64,000 bases of DNA from Piromyces finnis finn (GCA_002104945.1 MCFH01000066.1:186001-250000); one strand, 5' to 3'. Numbered from the stretch's first letter, positions 36,887-51,640 are shown. Made by a program: numbers and translations. Notes: generated by a model not told the origin, from the letters alone.

Positions 36887-39800
36887 TTGCGCAATGGATG
36901 CTTGGTTAGTCTTTATTTTGAAATATTATTAGGACTAAGCTCATGGTACTGAGCGATTAAAAAACATTTATCCATCGAATTTAAGTATTTGATGAATAAG
37001 TTGAATGTTTGATATTCAGGTAAGTTTGTATAGTATTTAATAAGAAAAGTAATACATTTTGTTGCTGTATTTTTTCTTTTATTCATGTATTCATGTAGTA
37101 CTACTCTTCTCTTGTAAGAATCCAATGTAGTCAACTTTAGCATTTGCATTGTATTTTTATATTCATGTATTCATGTAGTTATTGTTGTATTATTTCTTGT
37201 AAGAGACTGATTCACTCTACATCATGTAAAAATACTATTCACAAGCTTTCTGGTGTCGACATTCTTGATTCAAATTTTTTACCAATTTAAATATTTAATG
37301 AAAAGTAAAGTCAAATAATTTAATGTCAAAAAGCGATTCGAATTTACTAACAACAAACCAAAACTAGAATTTTTAAAAAAAAAAATTTACAACTAGAATT
37401 CAAAAAAAAAAAAGAAAGTTCAAACAAATCATCGTAACAATTTTTGTACTATTTAGTACTTTTAAGAAGAGAGAGACAGATTTTTTTTCATATAAGTTAT
37501 ATTTATAATTTTTATTAGTATTTATTTTATATTCAATATTTTTTAATTAGAATTTATTATCATGTCAGTCCTTTATATTAAAGATAAGAATTATATCAGA
37601 CGTGGTACCCGGTCTTATGGTATCCCCTTAGATGATATTCGCTCCTTTATCCGTGGTATTCGATCATGGTCAGTTAATATGCTATGGGAAAAACTCGAGG
37701 TTATTCTAGAAGATAAATTTAATTCAGTTATTAGTGTTAAATATTTTCAGACTTTCAATGATCACTTTTTCTTAGTCAAGGTTCATGGTTCATCGAAAGA
37801 TTGTATTAAAATCTTACACATGTTAAAGAAGAAACTTTCAGTTACCTCAATTTCCATTTCAGCTCTTAGTAGAGGGAATCACAAATACACTTTTTCCACA
37901 CTCAAACGTAAAATTTTAGTTTCTAATAAACATCAACATTCTATTCAACAATCATTTCAACAATCAGTTCAACAATCGGTTCAACAATCTCATCAACAAT
38001 CCGATCTTCAACAAGATCTTCAACAAGATCTTCAACAAGTTTCCCATCATGAAAATATTCCAGATCTACAGCAAACACAATTTCAATCTCAACATTCAAC
38101 AATTAATTCTAATAGTTCTATCAACTCTGATAACAGTTCAATAGTTGATAGTTCTTCGGTTTCACAGTCATCTAGTAATAGTTCTACTTATTCCTCTGAT
38201 GCATCATCTATTAATAATGATGACTTTAATAATAATAATAATAGCAACGATTCTTCCTCATCCAACAAGCCTGATAACTTTTCTTTTTGTCTTAGTTGGA
38301 ACACCAATGGGTAGAATCACGAAAAGAGAGATAGTATTAGCTATTTCACAGCTATTTTTAAACCATTATTTTTATGTTTCCAAGAAACTGGTAATGGTTC
38401 TGGTTCGAATACAGAGTATCCTTATCGTGTTACTTTACGAAACTATAGACACTTTTTCAAGAAAGCTGATGAATCAGTTCCTGGAATGAGAGGTTTATAT
38501 TTAGGTTTTCACAATTTGTGTCAAGCCTCACTTGAAAACTTCTCTGGAATGTATATTATTTCTATTTATACTTTTAGTCTTTGGAATAGATTCAAATGCT
38601 TGATTGGAAATGTTTATATATATGCCTCATAGTCATCACAACATCTATGTTGATCATGCAAAGTTAGAAGTTCGCTTGTGGTTACAAACTCATTCATCCT
38701 ATCCATCGATTCTTGTTGGTAATTTTAATATGTCTAAAGTAAAATTATCCAACTGGTTATCAACTAATGGATTAGGAGACTGGGAAATTCTTCCTCTTAG
38801 AGGGTCGACTATCTTTTGGACTCGAGGTGATCAATTTTCCGACATTGACCATGCTCTTATCAATTCGAAGATGAAAGATCTTATTTACTCAGGATCATTT
38901 ATAAATAACTTTTATCCTGTATCAGACCATAAGCCACTTCTTATTAATGGTAAAATTATTCCTATGGAAGATTTTTCTAATGACTTTAATGTTCCTAAGA
39001 AAATTCTGAAATGGAATAGATTAAAATGTATTGAGGAAAAGGAATCTATTCTCAGTCATAATAAATTCCAAATACTTTCAGCAAAACTCAATGATCCTAA
39101 TGTTTCTACAGATGAACTTTCCAAAGAGTTTATTTCAACTGCTTTTTCAATTGCAGACGAGCTCAGTATTACCTCAGCAAATAATGTTATAAAGTCTTCA
39201 TTTCATATTTCACAACAAATTTTTAATCTTCAAAAGATCAAAATGAAGTTGTATAAGAGATTTAAAAAAGAAAGAATTTATGATATAGATGAATTTATTA
39301 AACGAATTAAAATCTACCGTAAGCTCATTGATTACATCCACAAAAGATGTAATGAATTTAGGAAACAAGAATATCTTCATTGGATTAAAACAGGATGTGA
39401 GTATATGAAGAGTCATAATCCTAAGAAGGCCTGGAAATGGATCAAGAAAACTGAAAAAATTGGAAAAGATTCTTTCTTTATTGCTCAACCAATTAAAAAC
39501 AAAAATGGAGAATTAGTTGTTGCTACGGAAGAACAACTAGAAGTGTGGCATGATCATTTCGAAAACCTTGCATCAGATTCAAGTGGTGTAAGTCTTGATT
39601 TGGAGCATTGGTATGAAGAACCAACGAATAAGCGTTTTTCACTCCCTATGCTTGATGAGTGGGATATCAACCAAGATATTAGTGTTGATGAAGTCAAGTC
39701 AGCTATCTTCTCTACTCCAAATTATAAAGCATCAGGCCCGGATGGTATTCCAATTGAATTTTACAAAGCATTAATTCCATCAAATAATGATTCTAATAAT

Positions 39801-42218
39801 GCTACAGATAATAATTCTTCCGGTAATACCACTTCAGATAATGATGCTATTGGTTTAAATTTTATTTTTAAATTATTCAACCGTATTTGGGATGGAGATT
39901 TCCCCAGCTCTTGGAATGAATCCAGTATTGTTTCCATTCCTAAGAAAGGAGATTTGACAGATTGTGATAACTATCGAGGTATATCATTTATCAATAATGG
40001 TATTAAGTTGATTTCCAAAATTGTCACCACTAGAATCTCAGAATATGGTCTTAAGAATAATTTCATTGGACCTGAACAATTTGGTTTTTGAAAAAAGGAA
40101 GAAAGTATTAGTCTTTTCATTTCAATCCAAGAAATATGTAGTAGACGTCAATTAGATAATAAAGAGACATATTTGGCCTTTTTAGATCTCAGGAAAACAT
40201 ACGATTCAGTCCCAATCGGTAATATTCTCCATAAATTAGATTGTTTAGGAATCCGAGGTAAGAGTTTACAATTTATCAAAAATTTATATTTAACATCTAA
40301 GGATAATGGCAAATTAGATGGACAATTCTCGAAATCTTTTGATGTGAAGAAAGGAGTAGGTCAAGGTTACCCACTTTCTCCTATTCTCTTTAATCTCTTT
40401 ATTAATGATATATTTAAAAAGTGCGAAAATCACGGAGTCAGTTTAGGTGACACTCGATTCTGTGGTGGACTTTTTGCAGATGATATAGTTATTTGTGCTC
40501 CAAAAAGAGGATGCTTAAAAAAGATGCTTAGAAGAGTTAATGAATGAGCATTGTATAATGAAATGGAGTTTGGTATCCAGAAATGTTCAACGATGGTGAT
40601 TTGTCCTGAATCAATAGAAAATCAGAGCAAGAAAGATCCAACATTTTACTTAGCAGGACAACCCATTCCAACTACTGATTGCTAAACTTATCTTGGTGTT
40701 CCATTTGATAAGAATTTGTCCCTTAAACCAGTAATTAAAGCTCTTAATAACAAGGTTTTGAAAGGACTTTTCTCAGTCAGTAAATTCTTAAGAAATCCTA
40801 ATATTCTTATTCCTTTCAAAAAGCAGTACTTAACTCACAAGTAATCAGCAGAGTTTCATACTTTGCACCATTACTTGGATCCAACAAAGCTAGGTCTAGG
40901 ATTGCTCAGAAGCATGTTAACAAAGGAATACGATGGGTTGCCGGAGTTCATAAAGCTGTATCGTTTATATCTTTATACTCTATCTCAAAAGATTTGAATA
41001 TTCCTCCATCGTCAGCCAAATGTGCGTTAGCTCAGGTTAGATGTTTTAACAAGTGGAAAAACTCGAATTGTATTATCTCATACATTGTCAATTACATTCC
41101 GAAATTTAGAAAATACACGTGGTGCAAATCAAGTAGGACACTTGATAAAAAACTAAAGAAGCATGGAGGTGTTAAAGCAGGTAAAAACTTTTATTGGAAA
41201 TATCTCAAAGGGAATTCAATCAAAACGCAATATTATGATGATAATAAATTTATTGAAACTAAAGATTTTATTAAATTATGTTATGAATACCCTGAGTTTG
41301 CCTATGGCTTCTACTGGCTATTAAAAACAAGAAGCGGATACAAGTTGGATGCTAGAGTTGAAAAAGCTGCTAAATTTGTTGATCCAGTTTGTCCTAACTA
41401 CTGTCCATGTTGCAAGATTTATACTATATCCTAGATTTCTGAAGGATTTAGCCGTTGCAAGAGTGGTGTTCAAAGTATTAAACATTGGTTATTAGATTGT
41501 CCAACATTAGAGATATCCCTATTAAACATTATGATTCCATAGTCAAACTATTAAATTTTTTCAGTCAACGTAATTCCAACATTCTTATCAATAATATTGA
41601 AAATGGTAATAACAGTAGAGACAGAAATAATATTAATAGAAATAATAACAATAATAATAATAACAATAGTAGTAGTAGAAATAGTAATAATATTAGTAAT
41701 GATAGCAATAGCGAAGATAATAATTCTAATTTAGATAGTAATTTAGTTAATGATAGTAATAGTTCTAATAATCCGGTGAATATTAATGTGTATGATTATT
41801 CTAGTGTGTGCAGTAAATTATTTAAATTCCTTCTTGGGGGAAGAAGTTTTAACAATATCAATTACAATTCAAGGGAATGGAAAGAACTTTGCAAGTGTCA
41901 GATTCAATCTTTCACTAACGAAGGAACATCATTTTTAACACTAACCGTGGAACTTCTAACCAAAATCATGCCTTTTGCTATTGGCCAGCAATGGTCAATG
42001 TTCAAAAAGTTTGAAGCAACATCCAAGAGCGGCAATGCTGAAGAAACAGTAAGATAGGCCAGGAGTGCCAGCGCAACCAATGGAGATCATAATTTTGTTC
42101 CATGGCAAAATTTTGATCTTTGGCTCGGTGTTCCATTGGAAGACAAATACAATTATTACACTTTAGTATAATAGTGGCTTTCTTATTTTAACTAAAATTA
42201 CTAGAATACATTATACCC
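36887..42218 (+). mobile_element. LINE family B, near full-length, inactivated by stops and frameshifts
   Basis: ORF pieces 37562..38314 (ends SWNTNG*), 38604..40091 (APE and RT start), 40173..40547, 40994..41434 and 41485..42057. The last ~130 nt of the 3' UTR are absent. Confidence 0.95.
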
Positions 42219-42624
42219 TGGACGGATGCTAGATTAATCGCCTTTGATGAACTGGAGAAGTGGTTAACATCGCATAACAAGTTCAACTACCCAGCTATCC
42301 TTGTAGGAGATTTTAATATGTCAGCTATTACTACACTATCCTACCTGATGTTACTTTTCTTTTTTCTTTCATTTAATTTGTCAGGTAGGGGTCAATCCAA
42401 TACAGTACAAATTAAAAAGTTCATTGAACTTTTATACAACTTATATAATTATTTTATTTTCTTTTTATTTTTATATTTGTATATATATATTATTATTATT
42501 ATTTTTATTTATTATTTATTATATCATTATGTATTATCATCTAATATAATATAATTTCACAAATATAATAAATAAATACAAGAAGAAGTGTATTCTCTTC
42601 TTAGTCTAAAAAAAAAAAAAAAAG
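42219..42624 (+). mobile_element. Internally deleted LINE-A derivative with poly(A)
   Basis: About 110 nt of endonuclease sequence (33317-33430 equivalent) fused to the A 3' end at the same junction as at 15790-15815. Poly(A) at 42608-42624. Confidence 0.88.
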
Positions 42625-42689
42625 CTATGCTTTTCTTACACCTTCAACTTATTATTAGTTGTTTTTTTACTACTTAATAATATGATATT

Positions 42690-42841
42690 AAATTAGGTAT
42701 ACGTGGTAAATGTTTTGTTTTGATTTTCTCAGCAATCTTTACTTTACCTCAAAAGCTCGTGTACGTTTCTTAGATATGCTTTCTAATAAATTTCCTATCA
42801 ACCACGGTGTAAGACTAGGATATGCCCTCTTTCTCCTATAC
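42690..42841 (+). mobile_element. Short LINE-A RT fragment
   Basis: Homologous to ~34870-35010 (ARVRFLDMLSN.FPIN.GVR.G). Confidence 0.8.
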
Positions 42842-42865
42842 ATGTACTTTTTTATATCTATCAAA

Positions 42866-42897
<32 letters not shown>

Positions 42898-43628
42898 CAG
42901 TTGTTATTACTCCCATTACCAATTTCTCTCAAATTTTTTTATTTACTTGATTAACCCATACACACAACAATCCTTTGCCTTTTCAAAAGGTGAAAAAAAA
43001 AAATCTAAAATTTCACTTAAAAGAAAATAAAATACAAACACACACACTTCAAAAGGAGCTTTTTTTTTTATTATTATTATTATTATTTATTATTTTTTAT
43101 TTTATTAAAAAAAAAATGTTATCAACAAATCTATATATCCATATTAAAAAAAAAAGAATATAGAGCGTCAAAATAACATTATCCATTTTCTACATAGGTC
43201 TTTTTTTTTTTTAAATTATATTTTTTTTTTATTATTGGCATAGGTTAATATGATTCTATTTAATGATTACATTCGTTTTTGTTATTGCAGTTGTTCAAAA
43301 TATAAAATAAATAAAACTCCTTCTAAAAAAAAAAAATTTTTTTTATAACAATTTATCTTTTTTTTTCAAACCAAAAAAAAAAATAAATTTAATTACTAAC
43401 TATAAAAAAAATTTATATCATTATCTTTTTACAGATATCTATTTTTAATAATAAAATGAAAAAGAAAAGAAAAAAAATTAAATATTACATGGCGGAGAGA
43501 ATTGATCTTTGGTGATAAAAGATGACATTTAAAAAAAACTCGGAAATTTTTTCAATTCATCTTTGGGATAAATGGTAGGTGTTGGTGGTGGTGAGGTTAG
43601 AGGGGATTACGCAGTGATTATCGGACAT

Positions 43629-46600
43629 TTATTGTTGGTCGGCAACCCACTTTCTGGCATTACGGAAAAGTCTCATCCATGGACCATCTTCCTTCCATTC
43701 ATCTGGATGCCATGAGTTAGAAGTGGTTCTGTAGATACGTTCTGGATGTGGCATTAAAATTAAAACTCTACCATCGGCAGAAGTTAAACCAGTAATACCT
43801 TGTGGAGAACCATTTGGATTACTTGGGTAAACTTCAGTTGGCTTACCATAGTTATCAACATAACGTAAGGAAACAATACCTTGTTCAATGGCCTTTTGCA
43901 TTTGTTCATCATCTTGGAATTCGGCACGACCTTCACCGTGAGCAACAGCAATTGGGAAACGAGAACCAGACATCTTGTCAAAGAAAATACATGGAGAATC
44001 AGCAATTTCAACCATAGCAACACGAGCTTCGAATTGTTCAGAGACGTTTCTGACAAAGGATGGCCAGTTTTCGGTACCTGGAATTAAAGACTTTAAGGTA
44101 CTAAGCATTTGACAACCGTTACAGACACCAAGAGCAAAAGTATCCTTACGGTGGAAGAAGTCAGTGAATTCCTTACGAGCGTAGTCGTTTAATAAAATAG
44201 ATTTGGCCCAACCGGCACCAGCACCAAGAACATCACCGTAGGAGAAACCACCACAGCAAGCAAGACCAACGAATCCAGAAAGAGAAACACTACCATCTAA
44301 AATTTCACTCATGTGAACATCAACACTGGTGAAACCGGCACGCTTGAAGGCAGAAGCCATTTCCATGTGAGAGTTAACACCTTGTTCACGAAGAATGGCA
44401 ACCTTTGGAGCATCCTTAAGACCAGCAGTAATATCTTCAGATGGATCGAAAGTTAAGGAGGCGTGAAGACCTGGATCTTGAACATCTAAGATTTGGTCGT
44501 ATTCTTGCTTGGCACAATTGGCATTGTCACGAATAGATTGGATGTGGTAGGAAGCTTCAGCCCACATTCTTTGGTAGTTTTGACGTTCGTTTTCAAGAAC
44601 AACTTCACCGTTTAACTTGAAGGTCATCTTTTGGTTACCGGCTTCATTAACCTTACCAATGACGTGGAAACCTTCGAAACCAGTGGAGGCGAAAGCTTCA
44701 CGAACAGCTTCAACATCAGCACTCTTGACTTGAATGACGGCACCTAATTCTTCATTGAATAAACTTTCAATGACCTTACCACCTAATTCCTTTAATTCAA
44801 CTTCAACACCAACGTGACCAGCGAAACACATTTCAGCAATGGTAGCGAATAAACCACCATCAGAACGGTCGTGGTAGGCAAGAATTTGGTCTCTGGCCTT
44901 GTTAACACCGTCAAAGAACTTCTTGATACCTTCAACACTAACAACATCTGGGCATTCATTACCGAGTTGGTTGAAAACTTGACCGAGAGCAGAACCACCA
45001 AGTCTTTGCTTACCTTCGGCTAAATCGAGTAAGACAAGAACGGTTTCACCAAGATCGGTACGAAGTTGTGGAGTCTTAGTCTTTCTAATATCAACGACTG
45101 GACCGTAGGCAGTAATGTTAAGAGAAAGTGGAGAGGTGACGACAACGTTCTTCTTGGTCTTTTCATCGGTCCAACGAGTCTTCATGGACATGGAATCCTT
45201 ACCGACTGGAATGGTAATACCTAATTCTGGACACATTTCCATACCAATGGCTTGAACGGCTTCGTAGATACCAGCACCTTCACCTTCGTGGTCTGGAGCA
45301 GACATCCAGTTAGCAGAAAGTCTGATTCTTCTGATATCTTCAACATCGGCAGCAAGGATGTTTAAGAGAGATTCAGCAACAGCCATTCTAGCGGAAGCAG
45401 CGTGGTTAATAAGAGCAATTGGTGGACGTTCACCCATAGCCATAGCTTCACCATAGTAAGCTTCGTAGGAAGAAGCAGTGACGGCAACGTCAGAAACTGG
45501 AACTTGCCATGGACCAACCATTTGATCACGAGAAACCATACCAGTAACGGAACGGTCACCAATGGTGATAAGGAAACTCTTACTGGCAACAGTTGGTAAC
45601 TTTAAGACACGGGAAGCAGCTTCAGCAACAACATCGTCCATCTTTGGTAATTCAATTGGGAAACGAGCTGGAACGTGAGTTTCAGCGTAACGGTGCATCT
45701 TTGGTGGCTTACCGAATAAAGTGGACATTGGTAAATCAATTGGAGTAGTGTTGTACTTGCTATCAACAACAACTAATCTTTGTTCAGCGGTGGCAATACC
45801 GACATCAGCAATTGGACATCTTTCACGTTCAGCAATCTTCTTGAAGACATCTAAATCTTCTGGGTTGACGGCAAGAACGTATCTTTCTTGAGATTCGTTA
45901 CACCAGATTTCCATTGGGGACATTCTTGGATCATCATTTGGAATGTCACGGAGTTGGAAGATGGCACCTAAGTCACTGTCGTGAACAATTTCTGGAAGAG
46001 CGTTGGAAAGACCACCAGCACCAACATCGTGAACGGATTGAATTGGATTCTTTTCGTCTAAAGCGGTACAAGCATCAAGAACTTGTTGGCAACGACGTTC
46101 CATTTCTGGGTTTTCTCTTTGGACAGAAGCGAAATCAAGTTCAGCGCTACTGGAACCTTGAGCCATGGAGGAAGCAGCACCACCACCAAGACCAATTAAC
46201 ATACATGGACCACCCATAACAATTAAGTGAGCTCCTGGCTTAATGGTCTTCTTGGTAATGTGTTGAGCACGAATGTTACCCATACCACCAGCAATCATAA
46301 TTGGTTTGTGGAAACCACGAATTTCAGTTTCTTCCTTAGATTCAGTTGGAACACTTTCACAGTAAGTTCTGAAATAACCACAAATGTTTGGACGACCGAA
46401 TTCATTGTTGAAAGCAGCACCACCGAGTGGACCCTTGATCATAATATCAAGAGCAGAGGAAATGTGGGATGGCTTACCGACATCCTTTTCCCATGGTTGT
46501 TCGTTACCTGGAATTAAAAGGTTAGAAACAGCGAAACCGGTAAGACCAGCCTTTGGCTTAGAACCAGTACCGACGGCACCTTCATCACGAATTTCACCAC

Positions 46601-47663
46601 CAGAACCAGTAGCTGCTCCTGGCCATGGAGAAACAGCAGTTGGGTGATTGTGAGTTTCGACCTTGACAACCATGTGAATATCTTCTTCGTTGTACTTGTA
46701 TTCCTTGGTGGTTTGTTCGACAGCTAATCTCTTAGCCTTTGGACCTTCTAAGACAGCAGAGTTATCACTGTAAGCGGAAAGAATGTGTTCAGAGTTTCTC
46801 TTGTAGGTGTTACGGATCATGTTGAAGAGGGAGTTTTCCTTGTCCTTACCATCAATGGTCCAGTTACCACCAAAGATCTTGTGTCTACAGTGTTCAGAGT
46901 TAACTTGGGCAAACATCATTAATTCAGTATCAGTTGGATCTCTCTTGATACTTTCTTCCTTAAGGAAGGCATTGACTAAGTAATCAATTTCATCTTCAGC
47001 TAAAGCAAGACCGAATTCCTTGTTAGCATCGACAAGAACTTGACGTGGGTCCTTACCATTCTTGGAAGTTTCAGTAAGACCGACAGTCTTTAATGGACGA
47101 CCTTCACCAGTACTGAAGATAGTATCTTCACTTGGGATTTTACGTAAAACGACTTGCATCATACGATCGTGAATTAAATCGGAGAATTGAGCTAAATCTT
47201 GTTCAGAGACACCAGTGTTGTCAGTCTTTTGAACAAAGAAGATGATACCTCTTTCAACTCTCTTTAAGTACTTACCAAGACCACAGATTTTTGAAATATC
47301 AGTAGCCTTAGAAGACCATGGAGAAATAGTACCTGGTCTTGGAATGATAAGTAACATTTGCTTTTGGAATTCGTATAAGATTTCAGCTTCAGACTTACCA
47401 TTAGCAAAAGCTTCAAGAATTGAAGTTTCTTCTGGTAATGGAGAGTTAGCAGCCTTAGTACCGTAGTGTAAAAGAACACCTAACTTTTTAAGAATTTCTT
47501 CCTTTAATTCCTTGTCAACATTATTGTATTCTTCCTTGGTTTGAACAAAGTGAACAAAGAAAGCTTTAACATCTTGAATGTTAGCGTTACGTTCCTTAAT
47601 TTCGTTTAAAAGAACGTTCTTTTTGAATTCTGAGTAAGCAGATGAAGCTGGTAAAACAAGCAT
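43629..47663 (-). CDS. ADE6: Phosphoribosylformylglycinamidine synthase (large single-chain PurL)
   Basis: 1344-aa intronless ORF with [26 protein letters not shown] and GGFSYGD motifs, glutaminase GVCNGCQ and MPHPER. Strong codon bias. Confidence 0.98.
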   Translation of the reverse strand: MLVLPASSAYSEFKKNVLLNEIKERNANIQDVKAFFVHFVQTKEEYNNVDKELKEEILKKLGVLLHYGTKAANSPLPEETSILEAFANGKSEAEILYEFQKQMLLIIPRPGTISPWSSKATDISKICGLGKYLKRVERGIIFFVQKTDNTGVSEQDLAQFSDLIHDRMMQVVLRKIPSEDTIFSTGEGRPLKTVGLTETSKNGKDPRQVLVDANKEFGLALAEDEIDYLVNAFLKEESIKRDPTDTELMMFAQVNSEHCRHKIFGGNWTIDGKDKENSLFNMIRNTYKRNSEHILSAYSDNSAVLEGPKAKRLAVEQTTKEYKYNEEDIHMVVKVETHNHPTAVSPWPGAATGSGGEIRDEGAVGTGSKPKAGLTGFAVSNLLIPGNEQPWEKDVGKPSHISSALDIMIKGPLGGAAFNNEFGRPNICGYFRTYCESVPTESKEETEIRGFHKPIMIAGGMGNIRAQHITKKTIKPGAHLIVMGGPCMLIGLGGGAASSMAQGSSSAELDFASVQRENPEMERRCQQVLDACTALDEKNPIQSVHDVGAGGLSNALPEIVHDSDLGAIFQLRDIPNDDPRMSPMEIWCNESQERYVLAVNPEDLDVFKKIAERERCPIADVGIATAEQRLVVVDSKYNTTPIDLPMSTLFGKPPKMHRYAETHVPARFPIELPKMDDVVAEAASRVLKLPTVASKSFLITIGDRSVTGMVSRDQMVGPWQVPVSDVAVTASSYEAYYGEAMAMGERPPIALINHAASARMAVAESLLNILAADVEDIRRIRLSANWMSAPDHEGEGAGIYEAVQAIGMEMCPELGITIPVGKDSMSMKTRWTDEKTKKNVVVTSPLSLNITAYGPVVDIRKTKTPQLRTDLGETVLVLLDLAEGKQRLGGSALGQVFNQLGNECPDVVSVEGIKKFFDGVNKARDQILAYHDRSDGGLFATIAEMCFAGHVGVEVELKELGGKVIESLFNEELGAVIQVKSADVEAVREAFASTGFEGFHVIGKVNEAGNQKMTFKLNGEVVLENERQNYQRMWAEASYHIQSIRDNANCAKQEYDQILDVQDPGLHASLTFDPSEDITAGLKDAPKVAILREQGVNSHMEMASAFKRAGFTSVDVHMSEILDGSVSLSGFVGLACCGGFSYGDVLGAGAGWAKSILLNDYARKEFTDFFHRKDTFALGVCNGCQMLSTLKSLIPGTENWPSFVRNVSEQFEARVAMVEIADSPCIFFDKMSGSRFPIAVAHGEGRAEFQDDEQMQKAIEQGIVSLRYVDNYGKPTEVYPSNPNGSPQGITGLTSADGRVLILMPHPERIYRTTSNSWHPDEWKEDGPWMRLFRNARKWVADQQ

Positions 47664-48628
47664 GTTGATATTTACTAATGATTTAAAATAAAATTGATTG
47701 AATGGGTGTTATAAAAGTCTATTAAAATTTAATAAGTTGAAATTATTTTTTTATTATTATTATTTTACTTCCGATATATATGAATTATAGTTACTTTTTA
47801 TTGAATTTTTTTCTAAATAATATAAAAATTTATTGTTGAAGAAAAGTATACGATATATACAATTATTAAAAAAATAAAATAAAAAAAATATATATTAGTT
47901 TTTTATTAGTTTCTTTATATTAATAATTTAAAATTTTAATAAAATATATAATATTTAAAAAATCTGAATTAATTTTTGAATCATTATAATACTATTTTTT
48001 ACTTCTATTTCTAGTATTGTTTTTACTATTATTGCTATTGTATATAACAATTACTATTATTATTATAACAATTATAATTATTATTACTATTATAATTATT
48101 ATTATTATTATTATTTTATATACATTTATATTATTATTATTATTATTCCCACTTTTTATTATTTAATCAAACTGTTTTTGATTTTTCCATTATAATAATT
48201 ATTATTACTTTTTATTATTATTTAATCAAACTGTCATTAATTTTTCTCTTTTTTTTATTATTATAAACCAATTATTTAGTTTTTTTCCTTTTTTTTATAC
48301 TATCCTAATAATTATACTATATATTATATATATTATATATTTTATAAAACAGTTTCTTGACCCAATTAATCTATATATATATATATATAAATGAAAATAA
48401 TAATAATAATAATAGATATAATATTTTTTTCTTTTCATTCTATTTTCCAATCTAAAAATAAAAATTCCTTTTTTTTATTATTATTACCTTTTCTTTTTTA
48501 ATAAAAATAAATAAATCTAATTTCTTTTCTATTTCCTTTAATAAAGTTTAGAAAGGAGTTTTTTTTTTTTTAGTATAAATGCCTTGAATAAAAAAAAAAG
48601 AAATAGAAATAAAATTTCTAATATTGTG

Positions 48629-48667
<39 letters not shown>

Positions 48668-50317
48668 AAAATGGTGTTATTATATAAAAAAAAAAATTTA
48701 AAGAAATTTTATTGGTAAATTTAAAATATTGGAATAAAAAAATATTAAAAAAAATTTTTTTTTTTTTTTAAATAAAAAAATTGATCCCTTAAAAAAGGGA
48801 AAAGAAAGGAAAAGTGATGATGATGCTGCTGATGATATTTGTAGAGAATAATAAATATATAAATAATAACTATTCATCATCAACTTCTAATTCCATATTC
48901 TATTAAAAAAATCATATTAAAATATCTTTAAAAAAAAATAATCAATAAAAGGTTTGTGATAGGTTTTTTAAATCAATCTTTTTTTTTTGGTTCTGGTCTG
49001 GTAAAATTTTAAGCATGGTTTTAAAGGATGTTGGTGGTGTGGTGGTGGTAAAAACAATTGAAATTCTTTTAAGAAAAAAAAAAAAGGATTTTTATTATTT
49101 AATAATGTATTATAATGTAATTGTAATGTACTATAGATTATCACATTTAATTTTTGTTGATTTTCAAATCTAATAACAATGGATATAATGTAATACAATA
49201 GATCTACATTACTGCATAATGTATTTATAGAATGTAGTACAAGAACAAAATAGTAATAGATTTAAATTGATAATATATTACAATAAACTTTAATATAAAC
49301 AAAAACCCTTTTCTAATAAAATTGTATTGTAAAAAAAAAAGAGATCAACCAATCATTTTTTAAAATAATAAAAAGCCATGAGGATATATTAAAATTATAA
49401 AATAAATTGATTTAATGTATTACTAATATATTATAATATATTATACTATAGATACAGTCAAATACATTAATGTATTAAAATAATTCTATAGAAAATAAAG
49501 GGTTAGACATTTGGATTCTATAGTGGAAAGAAAAGGTGGTGTAGTAAAACTACTTAGTACCAACAATTATATATATCCATATACCCATAGCTATCTTCAT
49601 GTCCTTTCTAAGCAGATATTAATGTTTTTTGATAGTATTAGGGTATTAGGATATATTGTAAAAAAAAAAAAAAAAGTAATACTTTTCGGGAAAATTAACC
49701 ACATTATGTACTTTACATATTTCATATAAAATAAACCATTAGAATGAACATTAATTCTAAAAAAAAAAGTATCATGAAACGATTTTTTTTGAATAAAAAA
49801 AAAACATCATTTATTATTTTCTTTTAAATAATAAAGTATGCTGTATAAAATAACAATGCTTTTTTTTTTTTTTTTTTTTTTTTTTTTCCTTTTAAAGCTT
49901 ACTATTACATTTTTTTTTAACATTTAAAGGAATAAAACACCCATATTTCCTTAAAGGTAGTTAAAACATTTTTTCTATAATTAGAATAAATGGTTTCATT
50001 TTTTTTTGAGCATTGCATTTGCCATTTTTTTCATGCATATGTAATCAATAAAAGCAATTACAAAATACTAATGATTATAGAGTTGATCAACACTCTTTTT
50101 ATGTTCCTTCCTCTATTTAATTAATTGAATTTCCTTTTTTTATTTTATTATTAAAAATTTAATTTAATCAATTTTATGGGTAACACAAAGTTTTGTGGTG
50201 ATTTAAAAAAAAAGTTTTAATCTCATAATTCTAAAAGTAGGAAGCCATAAGGATACTTTTTTTTTTTTTTTAAAAAAAAACAACCTTATTACTTTATTAT
50301 AAACCTATCTACACCAT

Positions 50318-50355
<38 letters not shown>

Positions 50356-51640
50356 AATATAATGTTATTTTTTTAAAATTTAAAATTTTGTCTTCCTTCA
50401 AAAACAATACAGAAAAAATAATAATAAAAAAATGAAATTTTTTTCTTTTTTAAGAAGGATTGTCCCTCTTTTTTTTTTATTAAAATTTAAATAGAAAAAT
50501 TATTCATTAATATATAAAATAATATATTAGTTAAAAAAGGAATGGAGAAAAAAAAAATGAAATTTTAATTAAATTAAAGAGAGAAAAAACATTTTTATAA
50601 TTAAAATTATAAAATGTGGAATAGACTGTGTGTGTGTAAATAAATATACCAGTTCATCTATAATCTATATTTTATATGCTCATTACCACTTATTTCTATT
50701 ATAGAGGGTGTGGATGTAGGAGTAAAAAAAAAAAAAAAAAGGAAAAAACATTAATACTTTTCTAAATTAAATCCACTCTTTAAAATTCACTTTAGACAAA
50801 AAAAAAAAAAAAAAACAACCTTTATTCTGTAATTCATTCATTATTATTATTATTTTTTAAAAAAATATCACTTTTATTAATAAAAATGTTAACAGGTTTA
50901 AATGGATTTTTTTTTTTTTTTTTTTACTATTCATTTCATTGATATATGTTTCTTTATTTAAAAAAAAAAAAAAAAAAAAAACATTGAAATAATCATATAT
51001 ATTCTCTATTGAATTATACTTTTTTTTTTTAAAATAAAACTTTAATAGATTAAATAAATAATTTTTTTTTGTTTTTTTTTGTTTGTTTTCAATAAAACAA
51101 TTTTATCTTTTTTTGACAATAAAAATATAAATTCATAAAGAAAAAAAAAAAAATACTGCTTTTATTATTGTAGATGAAATATATAATTTTTTTTAGCTTT
51201 TTTAACCACCTTCTTACCCATAAAAATAAGAGATGGATTAAAAATAAATTTTTGCTTTTTACCAACTTTTTTTTTAAAAAATAAATTTTTAAAAGATGTA
51301 AAATAATAGTTTAATTCACCGACATTATTAAAATAAAATAATAATAATAAAAAAAAACTTTTGGGTTTTTGAACCTAAAATAATAAATTGTTACTAATAT
51401 ATAAAAAAAATAATTTCATTTTTTTTAAATAGGTATGAAAAATTTTTTAAAAATAAAAAAAAATGTGTGATTCATTAGGTCGTAGGTAGTGTGTGCTTAT
51501 ATAAATAGTTAATTTTTTAAAAAAAATGTTTTGAAGATATTGTTCGTTTTTTTTTAAAGAATGATAATGAAGGATAATGCTGATGATGGCGGTGGGAATG
51601 GCAACTATAAAATTGTAAAATAAAAAATCATACACGACTT

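Noticed and set aside
31354-42654. 19-bp direct repeat as the TSD of one 11-kb composite insertion
   Set aside because: The left copy lies inside the A 5' end (also seen at 14851 and ~28640), and 11 non-matching nt separate the tail from the right copy.
43784-47479. Many overlapping short ORFs within ADE6
   Set aside because: Shadow frames caused by the strong codon bias of the main gene.
47700-51600. Small hydrophobic ORFs in long intergenic DNA (also 18597-19065, 59000-59230, 62970-63358)
   Set aside because: Poly(A)/poly(T)-derived Phe/Lys/Ile-rich frames, often with non-ATG starts and no domain signal.
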